Source of the DNA: an uncultured Poribacteria bacterium
Lineage (GTDB): Bacteria > Poribacteria > WGA-4E > WGA-3G
Reading direction: 5' to 3'
Length of the DNA: 64,000 nt
Assembly (NCBI GenBank): GCA_951812525.1
Contig: OX638316.1
Span: 964,653-1,028,652 of the forward strand
Positions within the stretch are counted from its first letter, which is position 1. Every line of letters begins with the position of its first letter. Under the pieces are notes generated by a model that had not been told where the DNA came from, made no database searches, and worked only from the letters and a program-made list of their open reading frames with translations. Shown here piece by piece: positions 30,416 through 38,131 of the stretch. The position numbers and the translations under genes were made by a program.

Positions 30416-31801
30416 CTACTCCGTAGAGACCCGTCGGAGGCGTGCTGCGAACGCGCCGTCAACTCCGTGTTCATGTGGGAATGTTTGAACAAAGCCTTGT
30501 GGTGTTATCACACCGGGGGGAACATCTGGCAAAAAGCGTCGGGCATCTTCCACTGTATACATCGGGAAGTCTTTTAAAAATCGCTGAACGACCTCCTCAT
30601 TTTCCATCGGCTCAATGCTACAAGTGCTATAGACAAGGATGCCTCCCGGTTTGATGTACTGTGCGGCGTTTTTTAACAAATTATACTGCATTTCACTGAG
30701 GGCACGAACCTGCTTAAACGTTTTATTCCATCGGATGTCCGGATGCCGTCGAAGCGTTCCGAATCCTGAGCAGGGTGCATCGATAAGCACAGCATCTGCT
30801 GTTTTAATAAATTCAAGGTCTACTTTTGTGACATCAGCTACTTGGGTTTCAACGTTGTGCGCGCCGACACGCCGACAGTTTTTCTCTAACAACCCTATTT
30901 TTTCTGCTGACACATCCACGGCAATGAGTTTTCCAGCATTCCCCATGAGATGCGCCAAGTGTGTTGTCTTGCCACCCGGTGCGGCACAGAGATCTACGAT
31001 GCATTGCGCTTCCGCTGGGGAGAGAAGACGCGACACTAACATTGCACTTTCGTCTTGGACATAGATGTCCTCTCGACTGAGGACATCCTTTAAAGTCTTG
31101 TCACCAGTGGCATCAAAGGCAGTGATGGCGCGGTTTTCCAGCACCAATCCATCGGGTGCGATTTTGGAGGCAGTCGCCGTAATACCGCTCGCCTTCAGTG
31201 ATTGGCAAACTTCTTCGCGTTGTGTCAGGAGGGAATTTACGCGGAGTGCCAGTGGTGCGATCTGGTTGCTGGCACGACAGAACGCTAACGTCCATGAAAC
31301 GCCGTGTGTCTGGAGCCACTGCTTTATTAACCACGTGGGATAGGATAACGATATCGCGATATGTTCGGTCGGATTTTCATCGAGTGGTGGATAGGCTAAC
31401 GTTGCGCCTTCACGTTGTACGGAACGAAGTACGGCGTTGATAAAGCCTGCAGTTTTCCGTCCACGGGAAGATTTACGTAGGTGAGACGTGGCAAGTTGGA
31501 CGGTTTCATAAATCGCCGCGTGTGCGGGGATGCCGTCGAGATGCAGCAGCTGAAATGCACCGAGCCGCAGGATATTACGATGCCGAGCGTCTAACTGGAA
31601 TCTCGGATTGATAAACTGATTTAGTACCCAATCCAGCTGCCGCTGCCACCGGATAACGCCGTAGACAAGCCCATTTACCAATCGGCGTTCACGCCCATCA
31701 GTCGCGTAGCGTCCAAAGGCACTATCAACAACAGAGGCTATGGACGCACTGGCGTGAGAGAGGGTCATCAGACACTCTAAGGCAACTTTACGGGCGTTCA
31801 T
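30416..31801 (-). CDS. rsmB: 16S rRNA m5C967 methyltransferase
   Basis: NusB-like N-terminus, VQDES, DLCAAPGGKT, DAPCSG, YSTCS. Confidence 0.92.
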   Translation of the reverse strand: MNARKVALECLMTLSHASASIASVVDSAFGRYATDGRERRLVNGLVYGVIRWQRQLDWVLNQFINPRFQLDARHRNILRLGAFQLLHLDGIPAHAAIYETVQLATSHLRKSSRGRKTAGFINAVLRSVQREGATLAYPPLDENPTEHIAISLSYPTWLIKQWLQTHGVSWTLAFCRASNQIAPLALRVNSLLTQREEVCQSLKASGITATASKIAPDGLVLENRAITAFDATGDKTLKDVLSREDIYVQDESAMLVSRLLSPAEAQCIVDLCAAPGGKTTHLAHLMGNAGKLIAVDVSAEKIGLLEKNCRRVGAHNVETQVADVTKVDLEFIKTADAVLIDAPCSGFGTLRRHPDIRWNKTFKQVRALSEMQYNLLKNAAQYIKPGGILVYSTCSIEPMENEEVVQRFLKDFPMYTVEDARRFLPDVPPGVITPQGFVQTFPHEHGVDGAFAARLRRVSTE

Positions 31802-31894
31802 ATCTCGCGATAACGCGAGGTTCCGTGACTGAGTGTCCCGATGCCTCGCGAGTCTCCATCTTTTAGCAGCAAATTATTTAATACAACTCAAGAA

Positions 31895-32167
31895 TTACGC
31901 CGCTTCCGCCATCAGTGCGTGCAATTTGCTGATGAGTCTGGACTTTTGGCGATTTGCTGTCCCTTTTTTGATAACGCCTTTGCTGGCAGCTCTATCCAAG
32001 AGACTTGTCACGCTCTTGCACAACTCCTGTGCCGTTTCAACATTGCCTTCATCAAGTGCCGCCTCTGTCTGCTTAAGCACTGTCCGCAGCGTTGATTTGC
32101 GATGTCGATTGCGTATGCGTTTCTTTTCATCCGCACGCGCATGTTTCTTTGCAGATTGTCTATGCAA
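31895..32167 (-). CDS. rpsT: 30S ribosomal protein S20
   Basis: SAKKHAR...RNRHRKSTLRT...LDRAASKGVIKKGTANRQKSRL; AGGAG RBS, TTG start. Confidence 0.92.
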   Translation of the reverse strand: MHRQSAKKHARADEKKRIRNRHRKSTLRTVLKQTEAALDEGNVETAQELCKSVTSLLDRAASKGVIKKGTANRQKSRLISKLHALMAEAA

Positions 32168-32484
32168 AACTCCTACTCCTTTTGAGAACTTATGCTCTCG
32201 ATAATCTCACAAAAATCGAGGCGTCGAATATCTTTCACAATGCGTGTACTTAATGATACCATAAAATATTGGGTTTGTCTACTTTTTTTGTATTGGCTGT
32301 TAGCGATCAGCAGTCAGCAGAACGATCCAGTGGATTGTAGGTTTTGCTCAGAAAAACCTGCGCGGTTGGAAACATCGCCTTTCGATGGACAGCGGACACG
32401 AATGGTGAAAACCACATTGATTTCTCCCTGAAAAAGTATTAAAATATATAGCAAAATATACATCAATCAAAAGGAAATTCTTTA

Positions 32485-34257
32485 ATGAAATTGCTACAGC
32501 TTCTGTTGATTATTTCACTTGGCATCGGTGCTTACGCCCTTGTGGCAGCACCTCCAGACTTATCTACCACTCCCCCATGGCAACCCACAGGAAAATACAC
32601 ACATCCCCCTATCCAAGAGAGTTCCGGTATCGTTACAAGTCAGCAATTTGAAGGTGTCTATTGGACACTCAACGACTCTGGCAACCCTGCAGCACTTTAC
32701 GCTACAAAACTAAATGGTGAATTAATTCAAGAGATCGCTGTGAGCGGTTCGGGCAACTTCGACTGGGAAGCACTCGGTATCGACACACAGAACCAACTCT
32801 GGATCGGTGAAATCGGCAATAATAGCACGCTACGGCAAGACTTGAAAGTAGTCGTCGTTGCAGAACCGGACCCGTTCACTGAAACAGAGGTGGAAGTCAT
32901 CGCAAGTTACCCGTATCGCTATCCAAACGAGAATGTGGATGCTGAAGGGCTCTTTATCGCCGGAGGTATCCCCTACATCGTCTCTAAGGAGCGGGAACGT
33001 GCTGTACTCTATCGATTTCCAACACTACAACCTGATACAAAACAGGTTTTAGAACGTGTTGGTGAATTCGCTGATGCAAAATTCGTGACAGGTGCAGGAT
33101 TGTCTGAAGACGGGACGAGGCTTGCTGTCTGTACCTACGACGCACTCTGGGTGTATCAGGGCACAGCGGATAATTTCGCACAGATGATTCAGAGCACACC
33201 GTGGCACCTATCACATAGTTTTTATGGAGAGGCGGTTTGCTTTGACGGTTATGATCTTGTCCTAACGAATGAAGGGCGTGACCTCTACAGTTTACCACAA
33301 TTTTGGTACGAGAAAGAGTGGGAGCTGCCTCCAAAAAACACACAATCGGCAGTCTCTCTCCTACCTAAAGCAACAACACATAACGCATCAGCGCAAGTAG
33401 AAAGCTACCGCACAACGGGCATAACTATAGATGGAAGCTATGTAGCACTGATACCGGAAACTGCTGAAGAGACCGGATCCTTAACTGTTCCAATTGAAGC
33501 TCCTTACAGAGATGTTTATGAAATTAGTGCTATTTTAGCGCGTGGACCGGAATACGCCCAAGTTGAACTATCAGCGAACGGCACTGTAGTCGGCACATCC
33601 TACAACAGTTATTTTCCTGAACCGATAGCCGGGACGTTGGTTTCATTTGGTACCGCTCCCCTGAATGCTGGGACAAACCAAATTATGCTTAGGGTCGTCG
33701 GGAAAGCAGCCGAAGGGAAAAGTTACAAAATCGGTATCAATTCCTATCAGGTGCTGCATGCCTCTCCATTTGTTGAACGTTACATGGTACTCGGTCCATT
33801 TCCCAACACAGATGTTGAGACGATTGATAAGCTGCTGCACTCTGAAAGCCCGTTAAACTCAGAGGCAACTTACACAGGTACGCATGGCAAAACAGTCCAT
33901 TGGCAGGAAGGGACTGCAGGCGCAGGCGGTTACCTCGATTTACGTACAAACCTTAGTTTTGAGCCACAGGTTGTTGGATACACGCTAGTGTACGTCCACG
34001 CCTCGAAAATAACCGATTCTGTGATGCTGATTGGGAGCGATGACGAAATCACTGTCTGGCTAAACGGAACCGAAATTCACCGGAACAGTATTGACGCTGG
34101 AGCGTCGGTAGATAGAGATGCGGTTCCGTGCCAATTGAAAGCAGGATGGAACACGGTTCTGTGCCAAAAAGTGGATCTCGGTTGGTCGTGGGGGCTTTAT
34201 CTACGGTTTACGGATGCGGATGGGGATCTTCGGTATAGTCTACAGCCAGAAGAATAA
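32485..34257 (+). CDS. secreted protein: beta-propeller-like N-domain + jelly-roll/PA14-like C-domains
   Basis: Signal peptide; ESSG, LNDSGN, DWEA, DAEG, GEAV repeats; C-terminal GSDD...VWLNG...LKAGWN. Confidence 0.6.
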   Translation: MKLLQLLLIISLGIGAYALVAAPPDLSTTPPWQPTGKYTHPPIQESSGIVTSQQFEGVYWTLNDSGNPAALYATKLNGELIQEIAVSGSGNFDWEALGIDTQNQLWIGEIGNNSTLRQDLKVVVVAEPDPFTETEVEVIASYPYRYPNENVDAEGLFIAGGIPYIVSKERERAVLYRFPTLQPDTKQVLERVGEFADAKFVTGAGLSEDGTRLAVCTYDALWVYQGTADNFAQMIQSTPWHLSHSFYGEAVCFDGYDLVLTNEGRDLYSLPQFWYEKEWELPPKNTQSAVSLLPKATTHNASAQVESYRTTGITIDGSYVALIPETAEETGSLTVPIEAPYRDVYEISAILARGPEYAQVELSANGTVVGTSYNSYFPEPIAGTLVSFGTAPLNAGTNQIMLRVVGKAAEGKSYKIGINSYQVLHASPFVERYMVLGPFPNTDVETIDKLLHSESPLNSEATYTGTHGKTVHWQEGTAGAGGYLDLRTNLSFEPQVVGYTLVYVHASKITDSVMLIGSDDEITVWLNGTEIHRNSIDAGASVDRDAVPCQLKAGWNTVLCQKVDLGWSWGLYLRFTDADGDLRYSLQPEE

Positions 34258-34325
34258 TGCTACTATGTGCAAGTAGACTTGCATATAGTAGCACTATTTG
34301 TCAAGTCCGCTTGCATATAGTAGCG
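34258..34325. repeat. long palindrome with a duplicated arm between convergent genes (possible terminator)
   Basis: TGCTACTATGTGCAAGT-AG-ACTTGCATATAGTAGCA followed by a second CTTGCATATAGTAGC. Confidence 0.55.
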
Positions 34326-34470
34326 TTTTTCTGTCGTGCAGCGTGCGCGAGGTGATTTTTAAAGATGAATGCTTCAGAGGCATTCAGTTCTTCTGTAGGA
34401 GGGATTTCCAATCCCCACTGTCAATTGCTAACCGCCAATTGCCAATCACCAACCAGCAAAGATAGATGCT

Positions 34471-37400
34471 TTAGACCTGCTCAACACTCAAAGTTGCCGG
34501 TTCACCATTCAGTTTTTGTGCAACGGTGAATGCGTTTCCACTGGGAGATTGGGCAACAGTTGTCGTCAGTGTTTCTCGCAGGATGTAGTCTCGATGTGCT
34601 TCAAACGCTTCCTCGACAAGCGATGATGGTGTTTCCAGACTGAGTTTAATCCGATCTGCGACGTTAAAATCGGCATCCTTCCGCATATTTTGGATTTTGT
34701 TGACGAGTTCGCGCGCCAATCCCTCAAGCGTTAATTCGTGTGTCAGTTCCGTTGACAATGCAACGAACTTCTTAGCGTCCATCTCCACAAAGAAACCTTC
34801 CCGATTCTGCGTTTGCACGTCGATGTCTGACTGCTCAAGGGTGTACGTCTCTCCCGACGCTTCAACCTGTAAACTGCCTGTTGCTTCCAATTCCGCCTTC
34901 ATCTGCACTGCATCTCCCGTAGCAAGTGCCTTTGCGATGGCTTGTACGCCTTTGCCATACTTCGGTCCCAGCACCCTGAAGTTGGGCTTAAGCGTCACCT
35001 GTGCAAATGCGTCGAGATCCTCCGTAAAGACAACAGCCTTGACGTTGAGTTCATCGTGTACGAATTCCGCCAAACGGTTAACGGTCTGTTTTTCTGGATC
35101 AGAGATGCCGCCGAGGGTGAATTCAGCAAGCGGTTGACGCGTTTTAATGCCCGACCGGTTCCGTGCAGCATGTCCCATACTGATTACGTCGCGCGTGAAA
35201 GCCATATCGGTTTCGAGTTGTGCATCCTTCAACGAGACATCTGCAACTGGGTATTCCGCAAGATGCACACTGGCAGGTGCGTCCGGATCAAGCGAGCATA
35301 CCAAGTTTCGGTAGAGTTCGTCCGCCAAAAACGGCATGAACGGTGCGGCGAGTTTCGCAACGGTTACAAGCACCTCATAAAGCGTAGCATACGCAGCTTG
35401 CTTGTCAAGTCCGGCTTCAGCACCCCAGAATCGGTCGCGGGATCGACGGACGTACCAGTTGCTGAGATCGTCCACAAATTCCTCAATGGCGCGCGGAGCA
35501 TTCGTGAGATGGTAATTTTCCATGTCGCCGCGCACGCTGTCGATGAGGGTATGAAGCCGTGATAAGATCCATCTGTCCACGATAGCGCGCTCCGCAACCG
35601 GCGGTACCTCCTTCAATACATCAACCTGCTCTAAGTTGGCATACATAACGAAGAAACCATAAACGTTGTAAAGGGTTCCCATGAACTTCTTCAACGCTTC
35701 ATCAATGCCCTCCGGTTTGAAAGTGCGTGGTGTCCACGGCGTGGTTGCGGTGAACATATACCAACGCATCGCATCCGCGCCTTGCTTGTTGAGGATTGTC
35801 CACGGATCCACCGTGTTCCCCCGGCTCTTACTCATCTTTTGACCGTCGGGTCCCATAATTAACTCAAGGCAGAGGCAGTTTTTGTAAGCCGGTTTATCGT
35901 AGAGGAGTGTACCCGTCGCCAAGAGACTATAGAACCAACCGCGTGTCTGATCAATGGCTTCGGAGATGAAATCGGCAGGATACGCCTGTTCCAGCATCTC
36001 CTTGTTTTCAAACGGGTAATGCCACTGTGCGGTGTGCGCGCAGCCGGAGTCAAACCAGCAGTCAATTACATCTTGCACGCGACGCATCGGACCACTGCAC
36101 TTGTCGCAGTTGAGGACAACATCGTCCACGTATGGACGGTGGAGCTCAATATCATCTGGAACGTCAGTACCAAGCTCCTGCAGTTCGGCGATGCTACCCA
36201 CACAGTGCTGATGTCCACAGTCGTCACAGATCCAGACCGGCAGTGGTGTTCCCCAATAACGCTCACGACTCAATCCCCAGTCGATGTTGTTTTCCAACCA
36301 ATTGCCGAACCTTCCATCCTTGATATGCTCTGGATACCAGTTAATCTCCTGGTTGTGCTGGTGCATCTGATCGCGGATAGCGGTCGTGCGGATAAACCAC
36401 GATTCGCGCGCATAGTAGAGCAGCGGATTATCACACCGCCAACAAAACGGATATTGGTGAGTATATTCGGCAGCTTTGAACAACAGACCGCGCCCATCTA
36501 AGTTCTCGATGATTTGTGGATCTGCGTCTTTAACGTATTCACCTGCCCACGGTTCTTTAACCTCTGGTACAAACCTACCATCATCACCGACCACTTGCAC
36601 GAGCGGCATGTTGTGTTTCTGTCCGATCTCGTAGTCATCTTGCCCAAAAGCAGGAGCGATGTGGACTAAGCCGCTACCCTCTGTCGTCGTCACGAAATCC
36701 GCTGTAACGACGTAATGCGCTTTTTCTGGATGCTGTCCGCTATCAAACAACGGTTCGTATTCCCAATTGCGGAGGTCGCTGCCCTTATAGCTTTCGACAA
36801 CCTGCGGGGATTCATCACCAAACAGACTGGACATACACTCCTTGGCGAGAATGAGATGCCGTCCGTTATCTTCAACAGCGACATAGTCGTAATCCTCACC
36901 GACAGCCACGGCAACGTTAGACGGCAACGTCCACGGTGTCGTTGTCCAGACGAGTAGATAGGTATTCTCTCTGTCCTTCAACTGGAACCGAACAAAGATA
37001 GACGGATCGGCGACCTCTTGGTAACCCAAGGCGACTTCATGGCTCGCCAAGGTTGTACCGCATCGATAGCAATACGGTTGCACCTTATGTCCCTGATACA
37101 GCAGTTCCTTATCCCACGCCTGCCGAAGGACCCACCAGACGCTCTCAATGTAATCATTGGACAACGTGATATAGGCATCGTCGAGGTTGACCCAAAATCC
37201 GATGCGCTCGGTCATTTCTCGCCAATCCTGCTCGTATTGGAACACGTTCTCCTTACACTTCTCGATAAAGTTTTGAACGCCGTAAGCCTCCAACTCTGCC
37301 TTGTTTGTAATATTCAGCTGCTTTTCGACCTGATACTCAACGGGGAGTCCGTGCGTATCCCAACCTGCTTTTCTGTGAACATAATGCCCTGTCATCGTTT

Positions 37401-37614
37401 TGTAGCGACAAACAGCATCCTTCATGACGCGAGCGAGGACGTGATGGACACCCGGCGGTGCATTCGCAAACGGGGGTCCCTCTAAAAAGACAAATGGCAC
37501 TGCGTCCTTGCGCAGCTCCATGCTCTTCTGAAAAATGTCATTTTCACGCCAGAACTCTAAGGTCTGTTTTTCCTTGTCAGCAAACGTGAATTGCGGTGAT
37601 ACCTCTTCAAACAT
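34471..37614 (-). CDS. ileS: isoleucine--tRNA ligase, type 2
   Basis: EGPPFAN, GVHH signature, GWDTHGLP, WTTTPWTLP, SRERYWGTP, DQTRGWF, KMSKS; type-2 C-terminus; ATG at 37614 with GAGGG RBS. Confidence 0.96.
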   Translation of the reverse strand: MFEEVSPQFTFADKEKQTLEFWRENDIFQKSMELRKDAVPFVFLEGPPFANAPPGVHHVLARVMKDAVCRYKTMTGHYVHRKAGWDTHGLPVEYQVEKQLNITNKAELEAYGVQNFIEKCKENVFQYEQDWREMTERIGFWVNLDDAYITLSNDYIESVWWVLRQAWDKELLYQGHKVQPYCYRCGTTLASHEVALGYQEVADPSIFVRFQLKDRENTYLLVWTTTPWTLPSNVAVAVGEDYDYVAVEDNGRHLILAKECMSSLFGDESPQVVESYKGSDLRNWEYEPLFDSGQHPEKAHYVVTADFVTTTEGSGLVHIAPAFGQDDYEIGQKHNMPLVQVVGDDGRFVPEVKEPWAGEYVKDADPQIIENLDGRGLLFKAAEYTHQYPFCWRCDNPLLYYARESWFIRTTAIRDQMHQHNQEINWYPEHIKDGRFGNWLENNIDWGLSRERYWGTPLPVWICDDCGHQHCVGSIAELQELGTDVPDDIELHRPYVDDVVLNCDKCSGPMRRVQDVIDCWFDSGCAHTAQWHYPFENKEMLEQAYPADFISEAIDQTRGWFYSLLATGTLLYDKPAYKNCLCLELIMGPDGQKMSKSRGNTVDPWTILNKQGADAMRWYMFTATTPWTPRTFKPEGIDEALKKFMGTLYNVYGFFVMYANLEQVDVLKEVPPVAERAIVDRWILSRLHTLIDSVRGDMENYHLTNAPRAIEEFVDDLSNWYVRRSRDRFWGAEAGLDKQAAYATLYEVLVTVAKLAAPFMPFLADELYRNLVCSLDPDAPASVHLAEYPVADVSLKDAQLETDMAFTRDVISMGHAARNRSGIKTRQPLAEFTLGGISDPEKQTVNRLAEFVHDELNVKAVVFTEDLDAFAQVTLKPNFRVLGPKYGKGVQAIAKALATGDAVQMKAELEATGSLQVEASGETYTLEQSDIDVQTQNREGFFVEMDAKKFVALSTELTHELTLEGLARELVNKIQNMRKDADFNVADRIKLSLETPSSLVEEAFEAHRDYILRETLTTTVAQSPSGNAFTVAQKLNGEPATLSVEQV

Positions 37615-37673
37615 GTGAATTCCCTCATGTAGCCTTAAGTCCAGATTCAAGGCTTAGTCTGCTACCTACTGTT

Positions 37674-37720
37674 AAAAAAGAAAACGCCCCACCGAAATCG
37701 ATCGTTTCAGTGATGGGCGT
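37674..37720 (-). terminator. attenuator terminator upstream of ileS
   Basis: ACGCCCATCACTGAAA-CGATCGA-TTTCGGTGGGGCGT-TTTCTTTTTT on the minus strand. Confidence 0.8.
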
Positions 37721-37749
37721 CGGAATAAAAGCTGCGTATCTACCTGCGA

Positions 37750-37896
37750 TTAGCCCACCACAGCACGACGGATAGCAATAATAATGGATATGGCGCGCGA
37801 ACCCACGACAGCACGAAGGCTATCTTGATGCAGGGTATTGTAGCGCACAGGTTCTCCATATTGCGACGTCAATGTGGTAAGCGATTTTTTGTCCAT
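37750..37896 (-). CDS. putative ileS leader (attenuator) peptide
   Basis: Hand translation MDKKSLTTLTSQYGEPVRYNTLHQDSLRAVVGSRAISIIIAIRRAVVG*; 5 Ile in 7 codons near the stop; alternative GTG start at 37848 with GGAG RBS. Confidence 0.75.
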   Translation of the reverse strand: MDKKSLTTLTSQYGEPVRYNTLHQDSLRAVVGSRAISIIIAIRRAVVG

Positions 37897-37975
37897 GTCT
37901 CGTTTAAACAATGCGTGATACTATTATAAATCTATATTGGTTAAAACCTATTTTAGAAACCGACTTGTTAATATT

Positions 37976-38005
37976 ATGATAACATATCCTATGAGGAAAT
38001 GTCAA
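37976..38005 (-). promoter_or_regulatory. promoter of the ileS leader
   Basis: TTGACA-18bp-TATCAT with extended TG on the minus strand. Confidence 0.55.
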
Positions 38006-38131
38006 ATCTTTTTTACTCCGCATTAAGATCATTCAGTACTGGAAAAGGCACCCGTCAAACAACTACAAACTGTTAGTTTGTGGCATTTGCGAAATCTCCA
38101 CACCCCACTCCCCACTGATAATAGGTATCGC

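Noticed and set aside
34697-37485. Long antisense ORFs over ileS (also over 53363-55966 and 56756-57538)
   Set aside because: Shadow frames of strongly supported genes, with no recognisable motifs or RBS.
37620-38000. T-box riboswitch upstream of ileS
   Set aside because: No AGGGTGGNACCGCG T-box consensus or specifier stem recognised; the leader-peptide model fits better.
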